From assembly GCA_963755495.1 (NCBI GenBank), contig CAVWJS010000012.1, positions 262,423 through 326,422 on the forward strand: a stretch of DNA of 64,000 nt, read 5' to 3'. This document shows positions 17,339 through 26,286 of this stretch, in pieces (within the stretch, counting starts at the first letter, position 1; each line of letters begins with the position of its first letter). Below the pieces are notes generated by a model that saw only the letters and a list, made by a program, of their open reading frames with translations, did not search any database and was not told the origin of the DNA. The DNA comes from an uncultured Acidimicrobiaceae bacterium (GTDB lineage: Bacteria; Actinomycetota; Acidimicrobiia; Acidimicrobiales; RAAP-2). Made by a program: the position numbers and the translations under genes.

Positions 17339-20223
17339 GAGGCTGGCGTTTGAAGAAGGCAATCCGCGGGGGCGCCTTCTGCACTGCGGCACTGTGCGTG
17401 GGAACGCTCATTGCACTCACGGTGTCGAACTCCGCCCCGGCTGCGGCGGCGACATCGCCTCTGTCGGCGGCCAAGGTCACGCTCTCGGGTGAGCTGCCGA
17501 AGATCCCATCGGGGGTGACCCGGTTGGGCCCCGTGCCCCACACCCAGGTGGTTCGCCTCGACGTCGGGCTGGCCGGCCAGAACCCGACCGGATTGGCCGC
17601 CGAGGTGGCGGCCGTCTCGACGCCCGGATCACCCGCGTACCACCACTATCTGACCTCGGCCGAGTTCGCTGCGGCCTACGGGCCGAGCACGACTGAAGTG
17701 CAGGCGGTGAGCGCCTCCCTGGCCGCACAGGGGCTCATCGTCGGCAGCCCCACACCGGGCAGCGACCTGCTCCCCGTCAGCGGCAACGCCCGGACCGTAT
17801 CGGCCGCCTTTGGGACGCCACTCGAATCGGTTCGCCTTCGCGGGGGAGCCACCTCGCTGGTCAACACCGCCGCACCGGAGATCCCGGCCACGCTGGTGCA
17901 CGACATCACGGGGATCATCGGCCTGAGCAGTCTGGCCCGCGAGCACTCGCAGCTTGCTGCGACGCCCAGTGGGCCCAGCGCGGCGAGCGCGTCCAACACG
18001 GCGAATAGTCCCGGCGCCACCGGGCCCGACGGCCACGCTCTCACCGGAGCGCCGCAGGCCTGTAACGCGGCGTCGAATGCTGCCGGTTCGTCGAACTACA
18101 CGTCGACGCAGTTGGCCAACACGTATGGCCTGAGCCAGGTGCTCGGTCAAGGACGGACGGGGGCGGGCCAGACCATCGGCGTCGTCGAGTTCGAACGGTT
18201 CTCGAACGCGGACATCGCCGCGTTCGAGTCGTGTTACGGCCTGAGCAATCCAACACAGGTTGTGACCGTGGACGGGTCCCCGACCGGTTCGGCGTCGGGT
18301 TCGGGCGAGGCGGCGCTCGATATCGAGTTGGCCGCGGTGAGTGCTCCCTCGGCGTCGATCGTCGTCTACGAGGCGCCGGACGACATCGATGTGGCCGCGC
18401 TCGACCTCTACAACCGCATTGCCGCGGACGATGTGGCCCAAGTGGTCACCACCAGTTGGGGCTTTTGCGAGCAGGACAACGAGCCGGGCGCCGCCGCGCA
18501 GGAGAACGCCATCTTCGAGCGCATGGCAGCGCAGGGTCAGACCATGGTGGCCGCCTCGGGTGACTCGGGGTCAGAGGACTGCTATGACACCGACCGCGGG
18601 ACCGAGCTGTCGGTGGATGATCCGGGGAGCCAGCCCGATGTTCTCAGTGCGGGCGGGACGACCCTGACCGGCGGGAACGTGGCAAGCCAATCGGTATGGA
18701 ACAACTGCGTCTCGCAGAGCCTCGGCTTCTGCCAGGACGAGTCGGTGAACGGGGCCGGCGGGGGAGGATTCTCCACGGTGTGGCCGAAGCCAACGTGGCA
18801 GCCCACAGTCGAGGCAGGGTCGGGATCGGCTGCGCCCGGCACCGCGTCCGGTCAGCGCATGGTGCCTGATCTCTCCCTCGATGCGGATCCTCGCCATGGC
18901 GTGGTCGTCTACTGGGGTGGTTGGCTCGACTTCGGCGGCACAAGCGAGGTGGCGCCCTCCATCGCCGGGTTTCTGGCTGATACGAATCAGGGCTGTAATG
19001 CCCCCGTTGGACTCGTGGCCCCGGCTTTGTATGCAGCGGCGGCGTCGAGTGGGCCGAACTTCACCAACGTCATGACGGGGAACAACGACTTCACCGGTAC
19101 GAACGGAGGCAACTACGCCGCGATGAGTCCGGATAACCCGGCGACCGGGCTGGGCACGCCGCAGGAGCAGAATCTCGCCATCGCGCTGGAGGGTGGCGAT
19201 GGCTGCCCGACCGTGCAGAGTCTGAGCACCGGTTCGGAAGCGGTGACGGGCGCAGGCGCTATCACCGTCACGGGGGGAGGACTGGCTGATGCCACGGTGG
19301 TCAGCTTCGGCGCCGCCGGGGCCGGGACCATCGTCTCGGAGTCTGCGACGTCGCTCGTGGTTGTCCCGCCTTCGCCGGGCAAGGCTCTTTGCGTCAACGT
19401 CACCGTCAGCAACCCGCAGGGGACTTCGGTTGCCACGAGCGGGGATTCCTTTGCCTTCGGCGTACCAGGATGCGGGGGGTACCGCCTCGTCGGTTCCGAC
19501 GGGGGCATCTTCGATTTCGGCGCCGCCACTTTCGAGGGCAGCACCGGGAATATCGCCCTCAACGCGCCCATCATCGGCATGGCGGCCACGCCCGACGGCC
19601 AGGGTTACTGGCTCGTGGCCGCAGACGGCGGCATCTTCACCTTCGGCGACGCGCACTTCTTCGGTTCGGAGGGCGCCACGCACCTCAACGCGCCCATCAT
19701 CGGCATGGCGGCCACGCCCGACGGCCAGGGTTACTGGCTCGTGGCCGCAGACGGCGGCATCTTCGCCTTCGGTGACGCGCACTTCTTCGGTTCGGAGGGC
19801 GCCACGCACCTCAACAAGCCCATCATCGGCATGGCGGCCACGCCCGACGGCCAGGGTTACTGGCTCGTGGCCGCAGACGGCGGCATCTTCGCCTTCGGCG
19901 ACGCCAATTACTACGGGTCCACGGGCGGGACGCCACTCAACGCTCCTATCGTCGGTCTGGCCGCTGCTCCGGGAGGCGGTGGTTACTGGCTCGTGGCCGC
20001 AGACGGCGGTGTCTTCGCTTTCGGCAACGCTCAATTCCTGGGGTCGATGGGCGGGACACGGCTGAACCAGCCCATTGTCGGCATGGCGGCATCGACCGAT
20101 GGTGCCGGCTACCTGCTGGTAGCGGCGGACGGCGGGGTTTTCGCCTTCGGCGATGCGGAGTTCTTCGGCTCAACCGGCGCGATCCATCTGAACCGTCCGA
20201 TAGTGGGCATCGCGGACTCCTAG
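17335..20223 (+). CDS. secreted S53 (sedolisin/kumamolisin-type) peptidase with IPT/TIG-like domain and six C-terminal 42-aa repeats
   Basis: ORF 17335..20223 (962 aa). It has a signal peptide (MRGWRLKKAIRGG...SAPAAAA) and a pro-kumamolisin-like prodomain (PAYHHYLTSAEFAAAYGPS). The catalytic region shows EAALDIE, ASGDSGSEDCY and nucleophile motif GGTSEVAPSIAG. An IPT-like segment (ITVTGGGL...VNVTVSNPQGTS) is followed by six copies of LNxPIxGMAATPDGxGYWLVAADGGIFAFGDAxFxGS. Confidence 0.85.
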   Translation: MRGWRLKKAIRGGAFCTAALCVGTLIALTVSNSAPAAAATSPLSAAKVTLSGELPKIPSGVTRLGPVPHTQVVRLDVGLAGQNPTGLAAEVAAVSTPGSPAYHHYLTSAEFAAAYGPSTTEVQAVSASLAAQGLIVGSPTPGSDLLPVSGNARTVSAAFGTPLESVRLRGGATSLVNTAAPEIPATLVHDITGIIGLSSLAREHSQLAATPSGPSAASASNTANSPGATGPDGHALTGAPQACNAASNAAGSSNYTSTQLANTYGLSQVLGQGRTGAGQTIGVVEFERFSNADIAAFESCYGLSNPTQVVTVDGSPTGSASGSGEAALDIELAAVSAPSASIVVYEAPDDIDVAALDLYNRIAADDVAQVVTTSWGFCEQDNEPGAAAQENAIFERMAAQGQTMVAASGDSGSEDCYDTDRGTELSVDDPGSQPDVLSAGGTTLTGGNVASQSVWNNCVSQSLGFCQDESVNGAGGGGFSTVWPKPTWQPTVEAGSGSAAPGTASGQRMVPDLSLDADPRHGVVVYWGGWLDFGGTSEVAPSIAGFLADTNQGCNAPVGLVAPALYAAAASSGPNFTNVMTGNNDFTGTNGGNYAAMSPDNPATGLGTPQEQNLAIALEGGDGCPTVQSLSTGSEAVTGAGAITVTGGGLADATVVSFGAAGAGTIVSESATSLVVVPPSPGKALCVNVTVSNPQGTSVATSGDSFAFGVPGCGGYRLVGSDGGIFDFGAATFEGSTGNIALNAPIIGMAATPDGQGYWLVAADGGIFTFGDAHFFGSEGATHLNAPIIGMAATPDGQGYWLVAADGGIFAFGDAHFFGSEGATHLNKPIIGMAATPDGQGYWLVAADGGIFAFGDANYYGSTGGTPLNAPIVGLAAAPGGGGYWLVAADGGVFAFGNAQFLGSMGGTRLNQPIVGMAASTDGAGYLLVAADGGVFAFGDAEFFGSTGAIHLNRPIVGIADS
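19561..19938 (+). repeat. three tandem 126-bp (42-codon) repeats inside the S53 gene
   Basis: Copies start at 19561, 19687 and 19813. Copies 1 and 2 differ at 2 of 126 nt (ttcAcc/ttcGcc, ggCgac/ggTgac). Copy 3 is near-identical for about 90 nt and then diverges. Confidence 0.95.
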
Positions 20224-20288
20224 CGCGGGCCGGTGCCGAGCTGGATCATCGGCCCAGGTGGCGACCCGGCGGCCGGTAAGCTGACGAC

Positions 20289-22889
20289 ATGGACGCCAAT
20301 GAACTGAGGGCGGCCTTCACGCGTTATTTCGTGGATCGGGCGCACACCGCTGTCCCCTCTGCCAGCCTGATCCCGCACGACCCATCGGTGCTCTTCACCA
20401 TCGCGGGGATGGTCCCGTTCAAGCCGTACTTCGTCGGGGATGAAGCGGCACCGTGGCCGCGGGCCACCAGCGTCCAGAAGTGCTTCCGCACGGTCGACAT
20501 CGAGGTCGTCGGCACGGACACCTACCACTGCACGTTCTTCGAGATGTTGGGCAACTTCAGCTTCGGCGACTACTTCAAGGAAGAGGCCATCCCGATGGCC
20601 TGGCAGCTGCTGACCGAGGTCTTCGGCCTCGATGGCGACCGCCTGTGGGTCACCGTGCACGACGACGACGACGAGGCCGAGCAGATCTGGATCGACAAGG
20701 TGGGCTTCCCGCGCTCTCGCATCCAACGCATGGGCGATGCCGACAACTTCTGGGCCATGGGCGACACCGGTCCCTGCGGGCCGGACTCGGAGATCTTCAT
20801 CGACAAGGGCGCTTCCTACGGGGCGGAGGGCGGCCCCAAGTTGGGCGGTGAACAGCGCTTCGTCGAGTTGTGGAACCTGGTCTTCATGCAGTTCAACCGC
20901 AACGCCGACGGCTCCCGCGTCGAACTGCCCAAGAAGAACATCGACACCGGAGCCGGACTCGAACGGATCCTCCCCATCCTGCAGGGTCACGACTCGATAT
21001 TTGAGACTGATCTGTTCGCACCGATTATCGAGGCGGCCTCCTCCATTGTCGGCACCCCGTACGGTCGCGACGACCGGACCGATGTTGCGCTCCGGGTGAT
21101 GGCCGACCACAGCCGCGCCATGTCCATGCTGGTGGCCGACGGCGTGCTCCCGGCCAACGAGGGCCGCGGGTACGTGCTGCGCCGCGTCGTCCGGCGTGCT
21201 GTGCTCGCTGCCCGCCGGCTCGGAGTGGAGAAGGCGGTGACCCCGACACTCGTTCGGGCGGCGACGGAGGTCCTGGGCACGGCGTGGCCCGCTCTGGTCG
21301 AGAACAACGACGTCATTCTCTCCGTGCTCGAGCGCGAGGAAGCGGGTTTCGATCGCACGCTGCGAGCCGGCCTCGGGCGGTTGGAAGAGGCGTTTGCCAG
21401 CGGGGAGCCGGTGCTCGGAGGCGACGTGGCCTTCACGTTGCATGACACCCACGGCTTCCCGGTCGAATTGACCGAGGAACTGGCCCGCGATGCGGGGGTG
21501 GAGGTCGATCGGGTGGGCTTTGACGCGGCCATGGCCACACAGCGCTCCCGGGCCCGTGCCGCGGCGCGGTCGGCCAAGGTGGGCGACGAGTCGGCCTACC
21601 GGGCGTTGCTCGAGTCGGAGGGCACCACGCAGTTCGTCGGGCGCGCCGCGGCCCAGTACGAGGTCCCGGCGCGCATCGTCGGCGTGCTGTCCGGGACCGG
21701 CTCCGACGCGGGCGGCTCCGACATGGTCAGCTCCGACACGGCCGGCTCCGAAGTCGAGATCTTCTTAGATCAGACGCCGTTCTACGCCGAGGGCGGCGGC
21801 CAGGTGGGCGATACCGGCTCCATCGTGACCGAGACGGGCCGCGCTGACGTCTACGACACGGTGTACGCGCTTCCCGGATTGATCGCCCACAAAGCGCGGG
21901 TGACGGGTGAGTTCGTACTGGGTCAGGACGCGCTCGCCGCCATTGATGTCCCCCGTCGTGAGGCGATCAGGCGCAATCACACTGCGACCCATTTGCTTCA
22001 TGCTGCGTTGCGCGCTGTCCTGGGCGACCACGTGCGCCAGCAGGGGTCGCTGGTGGCGCCCGACCGGCTGCGCTTTGACTTCTCGCATCATGGGGCCGTG
22101 ACCACGGAGGAACTCGACACCGTGTTCGCTCTGGCCAATGACGCCGTCCTCACCGACGCTGTAGTGGAGACGACGGAGACGTCGCTCCAGGAGGCCGAGC
22201 GCATGGGCGCACTACGCTTCTTCGACGACAAATACGGCGAATCGGTGCGGGTGATCCGGGCCGGCGACACGTCGCTCGAATTCTGCGGCGGAATCCACGT
22301 CGATTCCTTGGGGCAGATCGGCCCCATCGCCCTGGTGTCAGAGGAGAGCATCGGGTCGAACAAGCGGCGCATCTTCGCTGTCACGGGTCGCGCCGCCCTG
22401 GACCGGGCCACCGCCCGTGAGCACCTCGTCCGCTCGGCCGCCGATCTGTTGCGCACCGAGCCCGACGAGCTGCTGGCGTCGCTGGACCGCCTGCTGGCGC
22501 GGCAACGCGAGGCTGAAAAAGAACTCTCGAAGCTGCGGCAACAGTCGAGCGAGTCGGTGGCGACGGAACTGGCGAAGGGTGCGGTTGAGGGCATCGTAGT
22601 GGCGCGTCACAATTCTCTCGAAGCTGATGCGCTGCGCGTGCTGGCGCAGGCCGTGCACCGCCATGACGGTGTGCGTGCCGTTGCCCTGGGTGGGTCGCCC
22701 GACGGCGTCAAGGTCGCGCTTGTCGTCGTAACCGACGGTGAGCCCGATGCCAAAGAGGTGGTGCGTGCCCTCGGTGCCATCGTCGGGGGAGGCGGCGGCG
22801 GATCTTCCCAGTTGGCCGTGGCCGGTGGTAAAGACGTGTCACGGGTCGAGGAAGCACTCGCCGAGGCACGCCGACTCCTCTCGGCGTGA
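20289..22889 (+). CDS. alaS: alanine--tRNA ligase
   Basis: ORF 20289..22889 (866 aa). It shows FTIAGMVPFKPYF and WNLVFMQFNR, the editing-domain motifs HTATHLLHAAL and CGGIHV, and a C-terminal DHHA1-like region. Confidence 0.95.
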   Translation: MDANELRAAFTRYFVDRAHTAVPSASLIPHDPSVLFTIAGMVPFKPYFVGDEAAPWPRATSVQKCFRTVDIEVVGTDTYHCTFFEMLGNFSFGDYFKEEAIPMAWQLLTEVFGLDGDRLWVTVHDDDDEAEQIWIDKVGFPRSRIQRMGDADNFWAMGDTGPCGPDSEIFIDKGASYGAEGGPKLGGEQRFVELWNLVFMQFNRNADGSRVELPKKNIDTGAGLERILPILQGHDSIFETDLFAPIIEAASSIVGTPYGRDDRTDVALRVMADHSRAMSMLVADGVLPANEGRGYVLRRVVRRAVLAARRLGVEKAVTPTLVRAATEVLGTAWPALVENNDVILSVLEREEAGFDRTLRAGLGRLEEAFASGEPVLGGDVAFTLHDTHGFPVELTEELARDAGVEVDRVGFDAAMATQRSRARAAARSAKVGDESAYRALLESEGTTQFVGRAAAQYEVPARIVGVLSGTGSDAGGSDMVSSDTAGSEVEIFLDQTPFYAEGGGQVGDTGSIVTETGRADVYDTVYALPGLIAHKARVTGEFVLGQDALAAIDVPRREAIRRNHTATHLLHAALRAVLGDHVRQQGSLVAPDRLRFDFSHHGAVTTEELDTVFALANDAVLTDAVVETTETSLQEAERMGALRFFDDKYGESVRVIRAGDTSLEFCGGIHVDSLGQIGPIALVSEESIGSNKRRIFAVTGRAALDRATAREHLVRSAADLLRTEPDELLASLDRLLARQREAEKELSKLRQQSSESVATELAKGAVEGIVVARHNSLEADALRVLAQAVHRHDGVRAVALGGSPDGVKVALVVVTDGEPDAKEVVRALGAIVGGGGGGSSQLAVAGGKDVSRVEEALAEARRLLSA

Positions 22890-23323
22890 GTGAGGGCACG
22901 AGCGGGCGAGTGGCGGCGCTCGATCTGGGGGCGCGTCGCATCGGCGTGGCCTACAGCGACAGCCGGCGCACGCTCGCATCCCCGTGGGGCGTGGTGGAGC
23001 GCACGGGCGATTTGACGCGTGATCATGCGGCCGTGCTCGCGGCCATCAGTGAGATCGAGGCCGGAACGGTCGTGGTCGGCCTGCCGCTCAGCTTGTCGGG
23101 GGCAAAGGGACCCGCGGCGCAAGGTGCCTTGGCCGAGGTGGAGGCCCTGCGTGCGCTGCTCGATCCGCTCGGCGTGGCAGTAGAGACGGCCGACGAGCGT
23201 TTCACGACCGTCGAAGCGCAGCGATCGCTGACCGCGGCCGGCCGCAAGGGGCGGGCTGCTCGTTCGGTCATCGACAGTGCGGCGGCGATGGTTCTGTTGC
23301 AGGCCTGGTTGGACAAGTCGTGA
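22886..23323 (+). CDS. ruvX: Holliday junction resolvase-like protein RuvX (YqgF)
   Basis: ORF 22886..23323. It shows VAALDLGARRIGVAYSD and DERFTTVEA. It follows alaS in the conserved alaS-ruvX-mltG-aroE arrangement. Confidence 0.88.
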   Translation: MSEGTSGRVAALDLGARRIGVAYSDSRRTLASPWGVVERTGDLTRDHAAVLAAISEIEAGTVVVGLPLSLSGAKGPAAQGALAEVEALRALLDPLGVAVETADERFTTVEAQRSLTAAGRKGRAARSVIDSAAAMVLLQAWLDKS

Positions 23324-24456
23324 CCGACCCTCACGACCCTCCCGATCGTGTCTTCGATTTCGACGCCCCGCCCCCGAGCCCGCCCCTGGACCCCGGAGTC
23401 CGCACTCCGGCCGGAAATGCTGTTAGACGGCGCCGGCACGTTCGGCACCGGCGTCGACGCCTAGTGGCGCTGATCGCGGGTGTGGTGGTGCTGATCGTGG
23501 TGGCCTTCGTCGCCTGGTACGAAGTGACGTCACAGTCCTCAGGCCCACTCGGGAAACGAGAGATCATCGACGTGCGAAGCGGTGAGTCGGTCGGTTCCGT
23601 GCTGTCACGACTCTCGTCCGATCATGTGATCGGCAGCTCGCTCGCCTTTCGGGTCTTCGATCTGTGGCACGGTTCGCCGACGCTGGTGCCGGGGCACTAC
23701 CTGCTGTACCAGAACCAGAGTTTCTCCCAGGTACATGCCATCCTCGACGGTGGTCCCAACGTGCCAACCGTCACGGTCGATGCGGGACTGACGCTGCATG
23801 AGGTGGCGGTACGGGTCGATGATCTCCCGGGTCATTCGGGTGGCGGATTTTCCCGCGTGGCGGCGAGTGGCGCGGTGCACTCCGTGTTCTCGCCCTCGGG
23901 ATCGAATGATCTCGAGGGGATGTTGGGAACCGGTCCCTACCTCGTGCTTCCCGGAGAGAGCGACACCGCCATTTTGAAAGCCATGGTGCACCGGTTCGAT
24001 GCCCAGGCGACGGCGGCCGGGCTGAGCTCGGACTCAGCCTCAGCCTTGGGGCTGACGCCGTACCAGGTGATCATTGCGGCCTCCATCGTGGAGAAGGAGG
24101 GCTACATTCCGAAGAACATGCCCGACGTGGCACGGGTCATCTACAACCGCCTCACCGTGGGCTCGCCGCTGCAGATGAATGCCACGGTCCTTTACTCGCT
24201 TGGCCAGGACGGCGGCGCGGTGACAGCGAGTGACCTGAAATTGCAGACGCCCTACAACACCTATCTCCATACCGGGCTGACCCCGACCCCTATCTGCAGC
24301 CCGTCTTCGGGTGCGCTTACGGCAGCCATCCACCCTCCTGTTGGATCGTGGCTGTACTTCGTCGTGGTGAAGAAAGACGGCACCGAGGCATTCTCCGACA
24401 CGTTCAACGAGCAACTGGCCAACGAGAAGTTGGCGCAACAGCGCGGGGTCGGCTGA
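23320..24456 (+). CDS. mltG: endolytic murein transglycosylase MltG (YceG-like)
   Basis: ORF 23320..24456. It has an N-terminal TM segment (LVALIAGVVVLIVVAFVAWY) and the YceG motifs YQVIIAASIVEKEG, LQMNATVLY and TPYNTYLHTGLTPTPICSP. Confidence 0.88.
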   Translation: MTDPHDPPDRVFDFDAPPPSPPLDPGVRTPAGNAVRRRRHVRHRRRRLVALIAGVVVLIVVAFVAWYEVTSQSSGPLGKREIIDVRSGESVGSVLSRLSSDHVIGSSLAFRVFDLWHGSPTLVPGHYLLYQNQSFSQVHAILDGGPNVPTVTVDAGLTLHEVAVRVDDLPGHSGGGFSRVAASGAVHSVFSPSGSNDLEGMLGTGPYLVLPGESDTAILKAMVHRFDAQATAAGLSSDSASALGLTPYQVIIAASIVEKEGYIPKNMPDVARVIYNRLTVGSPLQMNATVLYSLGQDGGAVTASDLKLQTPYNTYLHTGLTPTPICSPSSGALTAAIHPPVGSWLYFVVVKKDGTEAFSDTFNEQLANEKLAQQRGVG

Positions 24457-24457
24457 G

Positions 24458-25321
24458 GTGACCGCGGGTCCCGAGAAGACGGACGCCCGCACGTTGGTGG
24501 TTGGCGTCATGGGTGACCCCGTACGCCACTCCCTTTCCCCGCTGCTCCATAACGCGGCCTTTAGGGCACTCGGGCTCAACTGGATCTCGGTGGCGTTCGA
24601 AGTGGCCGCGGGCGAGGCGGCGGCTGCGCTGGCCGGGATCCGTGCCCTCAGCGTGGCAGGTGTCTCGGTGACCATGCCCCACAAGGCGGACGTGGCCGCA
24701 TTGGTGGACGAGCGCAGCGACGTGGCCCGACATCTGGGGGCCGTCAACTGCATCATGAACCGGGACGGCACGCTGTTCGGTGACAATACGGACGGCGCCG
24801 GCTTCTTGGCCTCCCTGGCGCGGGCGGCGAACTTCGATCCGTCCGGGAAGCGATGCCTGATCATCGGCGCCGGGGGAGCAGCTCGGGCCGTTACCCTCGC
24901 ACTGGCCGATGCCGGAGCAGCTTCGGTGGTGGTCGTGAACCGGACTGCGACCAAGGCGCTCGACGTCGCTGCATTGGCCGGCGCCGTGGGGCGGGCGGGC
25001 GATCTCGGCGACGGCGCAGCAGCTCTGGCCGAGAATGCGGAGCTGATCGTCAACGCCACCCCGGTGGGCATGACGGGCACGGGAACGGTGGGCGACGCTT
25101 GGCTCATCGCGCCGACGCTGCTCCACGCGGGACAGGTGGCGGCGGATCTGGTCTACGCCCCTCGCCCCACGGCGTGGCTCGCCGCGGCGACAGCCGCTGG
25201 GGCGACTGCGGTGGATGGGCTGGGAATGTTGGTGCATCAAGCGGCCGCCCAACTGGAATTGTGGACGGGCTTGGCGCCGCCGGTCGACGTCATGTGGCAG
25301 GCGGCCATCGCCGTCGCCTGA
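24458..25321 (+). CDS. aroE: shikimate dehydrogenase
   Basis: ORF 24458..25321. It shows SLSPLLHNAAF, VTMPHK, NTDGAGF and the NADP-binding loop GAGGAARA. Confidence 0.88.
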   Translation: MTAGPEKTDARTLVVGVMGDPVRHSLSPLLHNAAFRALGLNWISVAFEVAAGEAAAALAGIRALSVAGVSVTMPHKADVAALVDERSDVARHLGAVNCIMNRDGTLFGDNTDGAGFLASLARAANFDPSGKRCLIIGAGGAARAVTLALADAGAASVVVVNRTATKALDVAALAGAVGRAGDLGDGAAALAENAELIVNATPVGMTGTGTVGDAWLIAPTLLHAGQVAADLVYAPRPTAWLAAATAAGATAVDGLGMLVHQAAAQLELWTGLAPPVDVMWQAAIAVA

Positions 25322-25329
25322 CAGGTTCG

Positions 25330-26256
25330 CTAGTTCGGGGCTTCCGCCGGCCACAGTCCGGCGCGACTCAGCTCCACAATCGCTTCTTCCCGCAAGGAGC
25401 GGGTGAGCGCGTCGCGCTGGTTTGGCACGCTGTGCAGCATGACCCGGAGGGTGAGGGTGCTCTCGGTGGAGTCGACGAAAGTGACCAGTTCCGGCGGCTC
25501 CGAGGTGTGACCGGCGAACTCCTCGGAGGCAGCAACTCTCCGAGCCGCTTGTTCAATCGCTCCACGGGCGCGTGGCAGATCACCGGCGGAAGAACCGGGG
25601 AGCGTGAGATCGACCACGGCGTGCGCCCAACCCCGCGAGGTGTTGGCCAACTGGCGGATGTCGCCATTGGCGAGGAAGTACACGGTGCCATCGACCGCGC
25701 GCAGGCGCGTCACGCGCAGGGTGAGGTCCTCGACCACGCCGCTCACCGTCCCGACGGTGATGTTGTCGCCGATCCCGTACTGGTCCTCGAGGGTGAGCAG
25801 GAAGCCAGAGAAGTAGTCGCGCACGATGAGTTGGGCCCCAAAGCCCAGGGTGGCTCCGATGATGGTGGCGCTGGCCAAGAGCGGTGTGAGGTCGATGCCC
25901 ACGATGCCGAGGATGATGGCCACGGCAATGATGAAGACGAAGAAGCGCCAAAGATTCGCCGCCAAAGCGGACATCGTCGACATGCGCGCCCCGGTACGCG
26001 CCGAGCCCGAGCGGGCGGCCGCCTGATTGGCCAAGCGCTGCAGCATGCGCCGGAGGGCTTTGCTCCCCAGACGCGCCACGACCACGCCGACGAGCAATAC
26101 GAGGACCACCGCCACCGGGCGCACCACCAGGTCGGTGACCGTTTTGGCGGTGCTGTGGTCCACTCCGGCCTTCGTCATCAGATCGTAGAGCCAGCCACTT
26201 CCCGCCCCTGACGCTCCCACCAGGGGATGTGGGCCGCCTACGAAACGTTGAGTCAT
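25330..26256 (-). CDS. mechanosensitive ion channel family protein (MscS-like)
   Basis: ORF 25330..26256. TM helices are followed by the MscS core ...IIGATLGFGAQLIVRDYFSGFLLTLEDQYGIGDNITVG..SGVVEDLTLRVTRLRAVDGTVYFLANG. Confidence 0.85.
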   Translation of the reverse strand: MTQRFVGGPHPLVGASGAGSGWLYDLMTKAGVDHSTAKTVTDLVVRPVAVVLVLLVGVVVARLGSKALRRMLQRLANQAAARSGSARTGARMSTMSALAANLWRFFVFIIAVAIILGIVGIDLTPLLASATIIGATLGFGAQLIVRDYFSGFLLTLEDQYGIGDNITVGTVSGVVEDLTLRVTRLRAVDGTVYFLANGDIRQLANTSRGWAHAVVDLTLPGSSAGDLPRARGAIEQAARRVAASEEFAGHTSEPPELVTFVDSTESTLTLRVMLHSVPNQRDALTRSLREEAIVELSRAGLWPAEAPN

Positions 26257-26286
26257 GCCCGGTATTCTGTCCCGCTAGGCCGCCCT

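Noticed and set aside
18571-20034. A 487-aa minus-strand ORF with internal repeats (VTLAVGRGRHADDG...).
   Set aside because: It is the antisense image of the S53 repeat region. Its repeats simply mirror the 126-bp coding repeats, and its composition is Arg/Gly/His-biased nonsense.
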